Notes: generated by a model from the sequence alone, not told the origin. DNA of 64,000 nt from an uncultured Gammaproteobacteria bacterium (GCA_964394405.1 CAYMVY010000001.1:345236-409235); one strand, 5' to 3'. Positions 1-11,004 are shown, counted from the first letter of the stretch. Numbers and translations: made by a program.

Positions 1-451
1 CAATCGGATTGGCGACAAGTAGTGAGGGTGGTTTCAAAATATTGTGTACATGAAATCCGAGGTAGGAGAGTAGTCCGAGCATTACCAGTCCGAGCACGCC
101 AAATCTGATTGCTCCAGGAATATCGCTCATCTGGAATGCATGTTTTTGGTGAGTCGGCGCAGTCACATGAGGTTTTTGTGTGACACCGAGCTCTTCATCG
201 GCAAATTGATCTAGATATGGGCGCGGATCACTTCCGACTGCCTGCACATATTTTTTTAAAAAATTTTTAAGATACATGGGAGAAACATTCAGCTTTGCAA
301 AATTACACTCCTCGAGTGCTTCAAGATAGGGACGATTTATTTTTGTCTTATCTGCAAGTTCGTCAAGGCTGATATGAGCATGTTCACGTAATGCTTTGAG
401 TCGAACACACACACGCTCAAGAGGAACTACATTTTTTTTCTTAAAAGCCAT
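1..451 (-). CDS. HTH (XRE-type) domain protein with C-terminal membrane segment, RodZ-like; only the 5' part is in the window
   Basis: Minus-strand ATG at 449-451, open to position 1. My translation is MAFKKKNVVPLERVCVRLKALREHAHISLDELADKTKINRPYLEALEE... (helix-turn-helix pattern) followed by a hydrophobic stretch GVLGLVMLGLLSYLGF. It is absent from the ORF track because it runs off the edge. Confidence 0.5.
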   Translation of the reverse strand, partial: MAFKKKNVVPLERVCVRLKALREHAHISLDELADKTKINRPYLEALEECNFAKLNVSPMYLKNFLKKYVQAVGSDPRPYLDQFADEELGVTQKPHVTAPTHQKHAFQMSDIPGAIRFGVLGLVMLGLLSYLGFHVHNILKPPSLLVANPI

Positions 452-545
452 ACTGCAAAAAGTTCAAAATCAAAATTTCAAAGTTCCAATAAAATGTCAA
501 AATATTTGAATGTAATCCGTGTCATCCGTGTTCTATTGAAAGTTA

Positions 546-2942
546 TTAGAAAGGAATACGGTCACCATTTTTATCTTCCCCTTCTTCTGGAACAGAGGAA
601 TCATCTTCGAGATCAGAGTCTTCATCCGCTGACTCATCTGCTTCATCTTCAATAGATTCATCTTCATCCACATCCTCAGCATCTTCATCTTCAATAGTGG
701 TGACTGAATGTGGTGCTTCAAACACATTATGTTTTGCGCCAGAATCGATTGTACCATGAAGCTCGTCCCTTGTCATGAGAATTTCTCGTGCTTTTGCTCC
801 ACTCCCTGGCCCAATGACACCTGCTTCTTCAAGTTCATCGAGGACCCGCGCAGCTCGCGCATATCCTATCTTCAGTCGTCTCTGTAGTAGAGAAGCACTT
901 GCTTTTCCGCTCGTGATTACTTCTTTTTTTGCCTCTTCAAACAGAGGATCCTGATCATCGCTTGGTCCTCCAAATAGATTCATGGTACCACTTTTTTGCT
1001 GAGAAATAATACTGTCGTCATACTCAGGCTCTTCATCACCTCGGAGATACTCAACCACATCTTTCATTTCTTCTTCAGAAATAAATGCTCCCTGGATACG
1101 CACCGGCTTCCCAAGTTCGGCGGTAAGGTACAACATATCCCCACGACCAATAAGTTTTTCAGCACCCGGACAATCAAGGATGGTGCGGGAATCAATAAGA
1201 GAGGCAACGGAGAATGCGATACGTCCAGGGATATTTGCTTTCATGAGACCGGTGATAACATCAACACTTGGTCGTTGTGTCGCGACAACGAGGTGAATTC
1301 CGACCGCACGCGCCATCTGAGCAAGGCGAATAATTCCTGCTTCAATTTCGTTTGCAGCTGTTGCCATGAGGTCTGCAAGTTCGTCAATAATAAATACGAT
1401 ATGCGGAATTTTATTGTCAGGATGTTTTGCATTATACGACGTAATGTCTCGTGATCCGGCGCTTGCAAGAAGTTCAAATCGTCTTTCCATTTCCCCGATT
1501 GACCATTTGAGTGCATTGATGGTTTGTTGTGTATTAGTAATAACCGGAGTTAGGAGATGTGGAATGCCATTGTAGAGTGTTAGCTCCACGCGTTTTGGAT
1601 CCACCATGATCATGCGGAGAGTTTCTGCAGTGTTTTCAAAAAGCAAACTCATAATAATCGTATTCACACACACTGTTTTTCCAGATCCTGTTGCTCCAGC
1701 AATCAGAAGATGGGGCATGCGTGGTAAATCTGCAAACCATACTTTTCCCGCTACGTCCTTTCCTAGTGCGATTGAAAGATTGTGTGGACGATTTTTGAAT
1801 TCTTTTGATTCAAGCAATTCACGGAATGAAACAAGTGCGGTTTTTTGATTCGGTACTTCAATTCCGACCAGTGCTTGTCCAGGAATTGGAGCCTCAATAC
1901 GGATTGGGTGAGCAGCAAGCGCAAGAGCGAGATCGTTTGAGAGGGCAGTAATGCGGGAGAGTTTAACGCCTTTTGAAGGCTTGAGAGAATACTGAGTCAC
2001 GGTCGGGCCGACGCGAATTTCTCCCATATCAACGTCAATACCAAATTCCGAGAGCGTGCTTTTGATAATTTCTGCATTACCTTTGATGTCTCCGCTGGTA
2101 GGCTTACTTTTTTTATCAACGAGGATATCAAGTGGTGGAAGATTTTTGATAATCACACGCTTACTCCATACATCACCCGAAGATTTTTCTTCCTCTTCTT
2201 CGTCTTCATCTTCAGTATCTTCTTCCTCTGAATCTTCTGTTTCTTCAGTATCATCCTCCTCGTCATCTTCATCTGCTAATTCTCGTGATGCAAATGAACT
2301 CTGTGTTTCTGATGTGTCAGGATCACTCTCCTCGTCATCTGATTCATCGTATGATCCTTTAATCTGCATAGAGTTCTTCTGCCCTCGCATGCGGGTAAAA
2401 GCTCCGTTTGCAACATTTCCTGTAGAAGAGAATAGCGTACGGAGTGTGGTGATAAATACATGCAGGGCGCGCTCAAAAATAAAAAATATTGAAATAATCA
2501 ATATACCTACTAAAATAACGTAACTCGCGATAATTCCCAGATAGGTTGAAACAGGATAGGCGAGCATACCCGCTACACCACCTCCGTTGCCTTCAAGAGC
2601 CTCTCGCCACATGTCAGGCGCCCCGAATTGCATGTGAATAATGCTGGAAACTGAAACAAAAAAGAGAATAAAGCCAAATATTCGAAATCCTCTCCCACCT
2701 TCTTCTTCATCTCGTTCTCTGACTAGGTGCCACGCGCCGAATACAAGTAGTATAGGGGTAATATAGCGTAGTTCCCCAAATAGGAAACTGAGGACATATT
2801 CATTGAGTATTGTTCCGACAACCCCAGCTTTGTTAAAAAAACTAAGGGTGACAATTACGGTTAAAATAAGAAAAATAACCGCAATGACCCCATCTGAGAG
2901 GGTTGGATCAAGCTTTCGTTCGATCTTTTTGCCGCGTGACAT
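546..2942 (-). CDS. ftsK: DNA translocase FtsK/SpoIIIE
   Basis: 798 aa. N-terminal multi-TM region, a long acidic Asp/Glu/Ser/Thr-rich linker, a motor domain with Walker A GATGSGKT and a C-terminal gamma-like winged helix (LLQRRLKIGYARAARVLDELEEAGVIGP). It also has an extra acidic C-terminal tail. Confidence 0.93.
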   Translation of the reverse strand: MSRGKKIERKLDPTLSDGVIAVIFLILTVIVTLSFFNKAGVVGTILNEYVLSFLFGELRYITPILLVFGAWHLVRERDEEEGGRGFRIFGFILFFVSVSSIIHMQFGAPDMWREALEGNGGGVAGMLAYPVSTYLGIIASYVILVGILIISIFFIFERALHVFITTLRTLFSSTGNVANGAFTRMRGQKNSMQIKGSYDESDDEESDPDTSETQSSFASRELADEDDEEDDTEETEDSEEEDTEDEDEEEEEKSSGDVWSKRVIIKNLPPLDILVDKKSKPTSGDIKGNAEIIKSTLSEFGIDVDMGEIRVGPTVTQYSLKPSKGVKLSRITALSNDLALALAAHPIRIEAPIPGQALVGIEVPNQKTALVSFRELLESKEFKNRPHNLSIALGKDVAGKVWFADLPRMPHLLIAGATGSGKTVCVNTIIMSLLFENTAETLRMIMVDPKRVELTLYNGIPHLLTPVITNTQQTINALKWSIGEMERRFELLASAGSRDITSYNAKHPDNKIPHIVFIIDELADLMATAANEIEAGIIRLAQMARAVGIHLVVATQRPSVDVITGLMKANIPGRIAFSVASLIDSRTILDCPGAEKLIGRGDMLYLTAELGKPVRIQGAFISEEEMKDVVEYLRGDEEPEYDDSIISQQKSGTMNLFGGPSDDQDPLFEEAKKEVITSGKASASLLQRRLKIGYARAARVLDELEEAGVIGPGSGAKAREILMTRDELHGTIDSGAKHNVFEAPHSVTTIEDEDAEDVDEDESIEDEADESADEDSDLEDDSSVPEEGEDKNGDRIPF

Positions 2943-2980
2943 AGTAATAATTTAGTCGGTTGAAGGGTTTATTGGTAAGC

Positions 2981-3076
2981 CCAAAACTCAAAGTTCAAAA
3001 CGTAAAACTATAACCAAAAACTCAAAAGTTTTGACATTTGAGATACGGTTTTGACATTTGAGTTTTGAGTTTTGCA
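2981..3076. repeat. AT-rich palindromic intergenic repeat (AAACTCAAAAC family), copy 1
   Basis: ccaaaactcaaagttcaaaacgtaaaactataaccaaaaactcaaaag / ttttgacatttgagatacggttttgacatttgagttttgagttttg: an imperfect long inverted repeat. Related copies are at 13614-13740, 18444-18560 and 42448-42575. Confidence 0.6.
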
Positions 3077-3550
3077 TTTATATACATAACTTCAAGATAG
3101 TATTGTACCATATTTTCACCCTAATACGGAGCTCATACTGGGGTATAGCATAGGAAATGTGTATAAATTTGGCTAAATTAAGGGAACTGTGGATAATTAT
3201 GGGGATAGATAGGGATGAATAGGGGATAAATATAGACTATTTTTATCTTTTTTTAGCCAAAATATGGACTTTCTTGACAAAAAATGAACCCTAGTCTCTC
3301 ATTTGACAATACCATAGAAAAAGAGTATTCTAACGGCATTGTGTTCAAAGGAAAAAAGACAAATAATTCTGGTCTTCTCGCACCTATCTCAAGGGCAGGC
3401 GAATTATCCGGATATCCCATGCCTCGATTCCATATCTACAATTAAATTGTAATTACCTCCTTTTTAATAAAAGGGATTTTTTGTTGTCTTAACTTATCCT
3501 GTGCATCCATTTGGGAATGGAGTGTGCAGTTAATCAATAGTATACAGCGT

Positions 3551-6500
3551 ATGGTACCTCTCTTTCGCCGCCAACCTCTAAAATCGACTGAGCGCACATT
3601 TTTTACCAAACTAAGAGACGCAATCACTGCGCCTGATTTGATTGAGGTACAAAAAAATTCGTATGAGTGGTTTTTCAAAGAAGGACTTCGCGAATTGTTT
3701 GATGAACTGTCTCCAATCACTGATTTCACAGGTCGCGATCTTGAATTGTATTTTGAAGACTACTATCTCGACGAGCCAAAATTTGATGAAGTTACCTGCC
3801 GCAACAAAAATATCACCTACGAAGCACCGCTTCGTGTGAATGTTCGAATGACAAATAAAAGAACCGGAAAATCAGACAAACAGGAAATTTATTTGGGTGA
3901 TGTTCCTCTGATGACTGCTCGCGGTACGTTCATGGTGAATGGAATTGAGCGTGTAATTGTTTCTCAGCTTATTCGAAGCGCGGGAGCATTTTTCACTGCA
4001 GAGATGGTGCGCGGACGACGATTTTACGGAGCAAAGATTATTCCAAACCGCGGTGCGTGGATAGAAATCGAAACTGATCAGAATAATGTGCTCTGGATCA
4101 AGGTTGATCGCAAAAGAAAAGTTGCTGCAACCTCGCTCCTACGGGCATTTGGGTATGCAGACGATGAAAAAATTAAAGCAGCATTTGCTGATGTGAATAC
4201 ACATCCCAATATTGACTATGTGGATGCAACACTCAAAAAAGATACCGCAAAATCTGAAGAGGATGGATTGATCGAAGTGTATCGCCGTATTCGTCCGGGG
4301 GACTTGGCAACTGCAGAAAATGCACGTAGTCTGATTCATGCCATGTTTTTCAATTTTGATCGCTATGATCTCGGCAAAGTGGGTGTCTATAAATTTGATA
4401 CTAAATTTGATTTGGGTTTGACTGAAGAAGCGTATGATTCAAAAGAAGAGCGTGTATTGTCTCCCGAAAAATTATTAAAAGTTCTCAAAGAAGTTATCCG
4501 ATTAAATGTAACCCAGGAAGAAGCAGATGATATTGATCATTTGGGTAATCGTCGTGTACGTGGAGTGGGAGAACTCGTTCAGAATAGATTTAGAATCGGT
4601 CTCGCTCGTATGGAGCGCATTGCAAAAGATCGTATGAGTACGATGGAAGTAGATACGATTGCTCCAAACAAATTAATCAACGCTCGACCAGTGATTTCAG
4701 TGATTCGTGAATTTTTCATGAGTTCACAGCTCTCACAATTCATGGACCAGGTAAACCCGCTTGCTGAACTTGAACACAAACGCCGTGTATCAGCATTGGG
4801 TCCTGGTGGATTGTCTCGTGACCGAGCAGGATTCGAAGTACGTGACGTACACCGTACTCACTATGGACGTATTTGTCCGATTGCAACTCCTGAAGGACCA
4901 AATATCGGTTTGGTAGGACACTTGTCAACGTACGCAAAAGTCAATCGTTTTGGATTCCTTGAAACTCCCTATAGAAAAGTATTGCGCGAAGTTCCTAATG
5001 AAGCAAAATTTACCGAAGGTGAATATTCTCTCGAAGAAATCAAAGGAATGGTAGGCGCAGGAGAAGAGATTACTGCAGCAATTGCCAAGAAATTAGAATC
5101 AGACAAAAAGTTATCTGTAATCAAAGTGAAGCCTCGAGTAACTGATGAAATCGTATACCTGAACTCATTCCAGGAAGAACGATCGATTACTGCATCGGCT
5201 ACTACACGGATGGACGATCGAGGATATTTCCTTGATGAAAAAACTCCTGCTCGTGTGCATGGTGAAGCGCAGGTAACTGAAGTTGCAAGTATCCAGTATA
5301 TTGATGTTGCATCAAACCAGATTTTATCTCTCGCAACAAGTATTATTCCATTTTTGGAACACGATGATGCGACTCGCGCCTTGATGGGAACAAACATGCA
5401 GAGACAGGCAGTGCCTTGTATCAAGCCAGAACCACCACTGGTCGGAACCGGAGTTGAGAAGGCTGCTGCAGAAAATAGTGGGTACGTAGCAAAAGCTCCT
5501 GCTGATGGTGAAATTACCTATGTTGATGGACACCGAATCGAACTCACTGATAAAAAAGGGAAAGTGTATACCTGGGATCTGGGTAAATTCCTCCGCTCAA
5601 ACGCATCAAGCTGTATCAACCAAAAACCAACCGTTACTTTGGGTCAAAAAGTAAAGAAAGGACATCCAATGTCTGATGGACCAAGTATTAAAGATGGTGA
5701 ATTGGCATTGGGACAAAATGTATTGGTAGCCTACATGGTGTGGGATGGATTCAATTATGAAGATGCGGTTATCATCTCTGATCGTCTCGTAAAGGATGAT
5801 CGATACACCTCGATCCATATCGAAGATTATACAATTGATGTTCGTGAAACCAAGCTTGGAGAAGAAGTGATTACCAATGATATTCCGAATGTCAGTGAAG
5901 AAAAATTACGAAATCTTGATTCAGAAGGTATTGTTCGCATTGGTGCTGAAGTTCATTCAGGAGATATTTTGGTCGGAAAAATTACGCCAAAAGGAGAAAC
6001 TGAATTAACCCCTGAAGAGCGATTGCTCCGGGCAATTTTCGGAGAAAAAGCGCGCGATGTTCGTGATTCATCACTCTATCTCGAGCATGGTGAGCAGGGG
6101 AAAGTAATTGATGTAAAAATCTTCTCAGCAGAAGCTGGAGACAAATTACAGCCAGGTGTGATCAAACAAGTTCAGGTCACGGTTGCTGATATGCGAAAAA
6201 TCCAGGTAGGAGACAAAATGGCAGGTCGCCATGGAAACAAAGGTGTCATCTCACGTGTGGTCCCAGCTGAAGATATGCCATTCCTAGAAGATGGAACTCC
6301 GGTAGATATTATCCTCTCTCCATTGGGTGTTATTTCACGTATGAACTTGGGTCAATTGCTCGAGACCCATCTTGGTCTTGCGGCAAATGCGCTTGGGTAC
6401 AAAGCAGCAACACCAGTATTAAATGGAATTTTGGAAAGTCAAATTGAAGAAGAACTCAAAAAAGCAGGATTTCCAACTGATGGAAAATTGCAGCTCTATG

Positions 6501-7009
6501 ATGGACGAACAGGTGATCCATATGAACACAAAACTACCGTCGGGTACAACTACATGTTGAAATTGAATCATATGGTCGAAGATAAGATCCACCAGCGCTC
6601 TATCGGTCCATATAGTTTGATTACTCAGCAGCCATTGGGAGGTAAGGCTCAGTTCGGAGGACAGCGTTTTGGAGAAATGGAAGTATGGGCGCTCGAAGCC
6701 TATGGGGCAGCGCATACACTCCAGGAAATTTTGACCATCAAATCAGACGATGTGCCAGGACGTGCAAAAGCGTATGAGGCTATTATCAAAGGAGAACCAA
6801 TCACGAAGATTAATCTTCCTGAATCATTTAACGTATTGGTGCGTGAAATGAAAGGTCTAGCACTCGATGTAGAACTGTTGAAGCATAATGAAGACGGAAG
6901 TTATTCTCCAGCTGAAGAAGTGGTAGCACAACATCGAGATATGCGCAGCCGTGATTACGGAGTCGCACCCGAAGGCGAGGGTGAGCGTAGAGAAAAGCGC
7001 GATGAATAA
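3551..7009 (+). CDS. rpoB: DNA-directed RNA polymerase subunit beta
   Basis: 1161-aa ORF with RpoB hallmarks throughout, e.g. GDKMAGRHGNKGVIS and NVLVAYMVWDGFNYEDA. The track ORF begins at a GTG at 3524. The first ATG is at 3551 (MVPLF...), which aligns better with the RpoB N-termini I remember, so the start is uncertain by 27 nt. Confidence 0.93.
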   Translation: MVPLFRRQPLKSTERTFFTKLRDAITAPDLIEVQKNSYEWFFKEGLRELFDELSPITDFTGRDLELYFEDYYLDEPKFDEVTCRNKNITYEAPLRVNVRMTNKRTGKSDKQEIYLGDVPLMTARGTFMVNGIERVIVSQLIRSAGAFFTAEMVRGRRFYGAKIIPNRGAWIEIETDQNNVLWIKVDRKRKVAATSLLRAFGYADDEKIKAAFADVNTHPNIDYVDATLKKDTAKSEEDGLIEVYRRIRPGDLATAENARSLIHAMFFNFDRYDLGKVGVYKFDTKFDLGLTEEAYDSKEERVLSPEKLLKVLKEVIRLNVTQEEADDIDHLGNRRVRGVGELVQNRFRIGLARMERIAKDRMSTMEVDTIAPNKLINARPVISVIREFFMSSQLSQFMDQVNPLAELEHKRRVSALGPGGLSRDRAGFEVRDVHRTHYGRICPIATPEGPNIGLVGHLSTYAKVNRFGFLETPYRKVLREVPNEAKFTEGEYSLEEIKGMVGAGEEITAAIAKKLESDKKLSVIKVKPRVTDEIVYLNSFQEERSITASATTRMDDRGYFLDEKTPARVHGEAQVTEVASIQYIDVASNQILSLATSIIPFLEHDDATRALMGTNMQRQAVPCIKPEPPLVGTGVEKAAAENSGYVAKAPADGEITYVDGHRIELTDKKGKVYTWDLGKFLRSNASSCINQKPTVTLGQKVKKGHPMSDGPSIKDGELALGQNVLVAYMVWDGFNYEDAVIISDRLVKDDRYTSIHIEDYTIDVRETKLGEEVITNDIPNVSEEKLRNLDSEGIVRIGAEVHSGDILVGKITPKGETELTPEERLLRAIFGEKARDVRDSSLYLEHGEQGKVIDVKIFSAEAGDKLQPGVIKQVQVTVADMRKIQVGDKMAGRHGNKGVISRVVPAEDMPFLEDGTPVDIILSPLGVISRMNLGQLLETHLGLAANALGYKAATPVLNGILESQIEEELKKAGFPTDGKLQLYDGRTGDPYEHKTTVGYNYMLKLNHMVEDKIHQRSIGPYSLITQQPLGGKAQFGGQRFGEMEVWALEAYGAAHTLQEILTIKSDDVPGRAKAYEAIIKGEPITKINLPESFNVLVREMKGLALDVELLKHNEDGSYSPAEEVVAQHRDMRSRDYGVAPEGEGERREKRDE

Positions 7010-7047
7010 TTTTATACTAACACTCTCTCTAATCTCATAAAAATACT

Positions 7048-10000
7048 ATGGCACGCGATACTCTACATACAATGAACTTCGACGCACTGCGCTTGAAGAT
7101 TGCTTCACCTGAGGTGATCAAAAAATGGTCATATGGTGAAGTCTACAAACCTGAAACGATTAATTATCGAACCCAAAAACCAGAAAAGGGTGGGTTGTTT
7201 GCTGAAGAAATTTTTGGACCTACGAAAGATTGGGAATGTTATTGTGGAAAATACAAAAAAATTCGGTATAAAGGAATTGTGTGTGACAAATGTGGTGTAG
7301 AAGTCACTCACTCATTGGTGCGTCGTGAACGTATGGGACATATCGAGCTTGCAGCTCCGGTTTCTCATATCTGGTTTTTGCGAACTATTCCTTCACGTAT
7401 CGGATTGGTACTTGATTTATCAATTCAGTCGCTTGAAAAAGTAATGTACTTCGCATCATTCATCATCACCCATGTTGATGAGGCAGAAAAAGCAGCAACA
7501 GTCGAAGCGCTGAAGAAAGAATACAAATCGAAGAAAAAACAACTTGAGACCGACGCAGCAAGAAAACTTGAAAACGCAGAAAAGTCAGCGAAGAAAGAAA
7601 TTGAGAGCGAACGCGATCAGAAGCTTGAAGTACTCGAAGAGGATTTCAAGACTGCAGAAGCAGAGCTCAAGGATATTCTGACCATGAATATTATCTCAGA
7701 AGCGTATTATCAGGAGCTCTCAATCCGCTACGGTCATTTATTTGAAGCTGGAATTGGTGCAGGAGCAATCAGAGGACTACTGGAGAGATTGAATATTCCA
7801 GAAACGGTCGCTCGACTTGAGACAGAAATTGGAAAGAGCAAAGGGGCAAAGCGCGAACGCCTCATTCGTCGAGTAAAATTGTTGAAGAGTTTGGATAAAA
7901 ATGACATTAGACCAGAGTGGATGATCATGACTTCGATTCCGGTGATTCCACCAGACTTGCGTCCGATGGTAGCTCTTGATGGAGGACGATTTGCAACTTC
8001 AGATTTGAACGACTTGTATCGCCGTGTAATCAATCGCAACAATCGTTTGAGACGTTTGGTTGAGCTCAATGCTCCTGAAGTAATTTGTAGAAATGAAAAA
8101 CGCATGTTGCAAGAAGCAGTGGATGCGTTGATCGACAACAGTGCTCGTGCATCAAAGACAGTCCGCGCATCGACTGGGCAGAAACGTCAGCTCCGATCTC
8201 TCGCTGATATTTTGAAAGGAAAACAGGGTCGTTTCCGTCAGAATTTGCTTGGAAAACGTGTAGATTATTCTGGCCGTTCAGTTATTGTGGTCGGACCAAC
8301 CCTCAAAATTGATGAATGTGGTATTCCAAAAATTATTGCACTGGAACTCTTCAAACCATTTATCATGGCTGAAATTATCAAACGAGAACTCGCGCACAAT
8401 GTGCGAAGTGCTTCTCGGTTTATTGAAAGCAATGCACCAGAAGTGTGGGATATTCTTGAAGAATTAACCAAAAAAACTCGTGTACTCTTGAACCGTGCGC
8501 CGACACTACATCGTCTCGGTATCCAGGCGTTCAAACCTCGCCTAGTTGAAGGTAAGGCTATCAAACTTCATCCATTGGTATGTCCTGCGTTCAATGCAGA
8601 CTTCGATGGAGACCAGATGGCAGTACATTTACCATTGTCAGAACAGGCAAAATGGGAAGCGGAAAATTTGATGGCAAGTGAGAAAAACTTATTGAAGCCT
8701 GCAACAGGAAGCCCGGTTATCACTCCACAGCAGGATATTGCGCTTGGGTGTTATTATCTGACCAAGTATGATGAGAGTGATACTGCAAAGGTGACCAAAT
8801 TTTACGCAAACGTTACCGAGGCAAAATACGCTTACAAGACTCGCAAAATTACACTCAAAGAGCGTATCAGTGTGCGTCTAGGTGAAGCTGAGATGGCAAA
8901 ATTCCCTGAAGGAACCAAGAGTCTGGTAGAAACTTCAATGGGGCGCATTCTCTTCAATGAGATTCTTCCGGATAAACTCATGTACTATAATGAAGCGATT
9001 ACTAAGAAGTATTTGAGTAATATTATTCAGCTTTTGCTCGAATTATACGGACAGGAAACTACGGCGCATCATCTGGATAAAATCAAAGAACTAGGATTCA
9101 AATATGTAACCAAATCTGGTTACTCACTAGGAAAAGATGATTTTCCTGCAATTCATGCAAAACATGGGTTATTGCTCGCTGCTGATAAACAAGTTGAATT
9201 GGTATACGAACAGTTCAACGAAGGTTTGTTGACTGATTCAGAGCGTCATGCAAAAATCTTGGAAATCTGGGCAGAAGCAAAAGAAAATCTACTTTCAAAC
9301 AGTAAGGATGTACTCAATAAAGACGGATCAGTATTTGCGATGATTGATTCTGGTGCTCGAGGTAGCTGGGCGCAGCTGGGACAGGTTATTGCTATGAAAG
9401 GTCTCGTGGCAAGTCCATCAGGAGATATTATCGAGCTCCCCGTAAAAGGAAACTTCAAAGAAGGATTCGATGTGCTTGAATTCTTTATCTCAAGTCATGG
9501 TGTACGAAAAGGACTCTCAGATACCGCTCTTCGAACCGCAAACGCAGGATACCTGACTCGTCGTCTTGTCGACGTAGCACAAGATGTAGTAGTACGTGCT
9601 GATGATTGTGGAGATACGGTAGGAGAGATGTTTACACGCGAACAATCCGAGCAGATGGGAGAAAAACTATCTGAGCGCGTATTGGGTCGTTTCGTCCTCG
9701 CTGCAGTCAAAATTGATGGAGAAACAATTGTGAAGAAAGGTGAAGTTATCAATGAGCATGCAGCGCGATTAATTGAAAGCAAGGCAGTAGATAATATTCA
9801 CGTGCGTTCAGTATTGCAGTGTCATATTGCAAAAGGAATTTGTGCCAAATGCTATGGATATGACCTTGGAAATCGTCGTGTAGTGGAAAAAGGAGTTGCA
9901 GTTGGTGTTATCGCTGCACAATCAATCGGAGAACCAGGAACTCAGCTCACCATGCGTACCTTCCACCTTGGTGGAGTCGCGGGAGGAGATATTACCCAGG

Positions 10001-10953
10001 GTCTTCCTCGAGTTGAAGAACTCTTTGAAGCACGAACTCCAAAGCGAAAAGCGCTTCTTTCAGAAGTCGCAGGAACAGTTGAAATTGAGGATGCTGATGG
10101 AAAGGTAGTCATGGGTCCGACCGGACGAAAGATTTTTGAAGGTCGCCGTGGACAAAAAATCGTGAAAATTCATCATGATGGCATTGATGAGATTGTATTC
10201 GATGTTCATGGAGAAGATGATTTGAAAGTGGCTGACGGACAAAAAGTAGCTGAAGGGGACGTAATGATTGTGCGTGGATCATCAGGCGAAGAAATCAAAG
10301 CAGAGTTCAATGGAAAAGTAACCGTTGACGGTATGCGTCTGCGCTATGTCTATGATGGTAAAACCACCAAAGAATATATTGTTCCGCTTGGATTTAAACT
10401 CTGGGTCAAAAATGGGGACATGGTTGCCAAGGGAGATCAGCTAACTGAAGGTGCTGTTGATCTAAAAGAACTTTTTGAACTCAAAGGTCAGGATGCGGTA
10501 AAACGGTATGTCTTGGGAGAAATTCAGGAAATCTATGCATCTCAGGGTCAGCGCTTGAACGATAAACATATTGAAATTATTATCAAGCAGATGTTCTCTC
10601 GTGTATTCATCGAAGACGCAGGGGATACTGAACTTATCCCAGGTGAAGTAGTCGAGCGTTCACAGCTCATGCTTGCAAATGCAGAAGCTGAGAAAAACAA
10701 ACAAAAGGTTGCTCATGGTCGCGATATGCTCATGGGTATCAGTAAGATTTCTCTTACCACTCAGAGCTTCCTCTCAAGTGCGTCATTCCAGGAAACATCT
10801 CGCGTATTGGTAAATGCTGCGATCACTGGAAAGATGGATCATCTCGAAGGATTAAAAGAAAACGTCATTATCGGTCGCTTGATTCCAGCCGGAACCGGTA
10901 CCAAGGATCAGGCAATCGAAGTGGTACAAGAAAAAGAAGAAGTGGTGAGTTAA
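7048..10953 (+). CDS. rpoC: DNA-directed RNA polymerase subunit beta'
   Basis: 1301 aa. Zn-binding CYCGKYKKIRYKGIVCDKCG near the N-terminus, the catalytic NADFDGDQMAVH motif, and trigger-loop / C-terminal conserved blocks. Confidence 0.95.
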   Translation: MARDTLHTMNFDALRLKIASPEVIKKWSYGEVYKPETINYRTQKPEKGGLFAEEIFGPTKDWECYCGKYKKIRYKGIVCDKCGVEVTHSLVRRERMGHIELAAPVSHIWFLRTIPSRIGLVLDLSIQSLEKVMYFASFIITHVDEAEKAATVEALKKEYKSKKKQLETDAARKLENAEKSAKKEIESERDQKLEVLEEDFKTAEAELKDILTMNIISEAYYQELSIRYGHLFEAGIGAGAIRGLLERLNIPETVARLETEIGKSKGAKRERLIRRVKLLKSLDKNDIRPEWMIMTSIPVIPPDLRPMVALDGGRFATSDLNDLYRRVINRNNRLRRLVELNAPEVICRNEKRMLQEAVDALIDNSARASKTVRASTGQKRQLRSLADILKGKQGRFRQNLLGKRVDYSGRSVIVVGPTLKIDECGIPKIIALELFKPFIMAEIIKRELAHNVRSASRFIESNAPEVWDILEELTKKTRVLLNRAPTLHRLGIQAFKPRLVEGKAIKLHPLVCPAFNADFDGDQMAVHLPLSEQAKWEAENLMASEKNLLKPATGSPVITPQQDIALGCYYLTKYDESDTAKVTKFYANVTEAKYAYKTRKITLKERISVRLGEAEMAKFPEGTKSLVETSMGRILFNEILPDKLMYYNEAITKKYLSNIIQLLLELYGQETTAHHLDKIKELGFKYVTKSGYSLGKDDFPAIHAKHGLLLAADKQVELVYEQFNEGLLTDSERHAKILEIWAEAKENLLSNSKDVLNKDGSVFAMIDSGARGSWAQLGQVIAMKGLVASPSGDIIELPVKGNFKEGFDVLEFFISSHGVRKGLSDTALRTANAGYLTRRLVDVAQDVVVRADDCGDTVGEMFTREQSEQMGEKLSERVLGRFVLAAVKIDGETIVKKGEVINEHAARLIESKAVDNIHVRSVLQCHIAKGICAKCYGYDLGNRRVVEKGVAVGVIAAQSIGEPGTQLTMRTFHLGGVAGGDITQGLPRVEELFEARTPKRKALLSEVAGTVEIEDADGKVVMGPTGRKIFEGRRGQKIVKIHHDGIDEIVFDVHGEDDLKVADGQKVAEGDVMIVRGSSGEEIKAEFNGKVTVDGMRLRYVYDGKTTKEYIVPLGFKLWVKNGDMVAKGDQLTEGAVDLKELFELKGQDAVKRYVLGEIQEIYASQGQRLNDKHIEIIIKQMFSRVFIEDAGDTELIPGEVVERSQLMLANAEAEKNKQKVAHGRDMLMGISKISLTTQSFLSSASFQETSRVLVNAAITGKMDHLEGLKENVIIGRLIPAGTGTKDQAIEVVQEKEEVVS

Positions 10954-10971
10954 GACAGGTCATGAAAAACA

Positions 10972-11004
10972 AAAACCCCGCCTTTACGAAAGGTGGGGTT
11001 TTTG
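10972..11004. terminator. bidirectional rho-independent terminator between convergent rpoC and ppa
   Basis: aaaaCCCCGCCtttacgaaaGGTGGGGttttt: a GC stem flanked by an A-run and a T-run, so it can terminate both strands. Confidence 0.55.

Noticed and set aside
2056-2523. 155-aa plus-strand ORF with a poly-Ser tract
   Set aside because: It is antisense to the acidic Asp/Glu linker of ftsK, since GAA/GAT-rich DNA reads as TCT/TCA Ser codons on the other strand. There is no independent evidence of coding.
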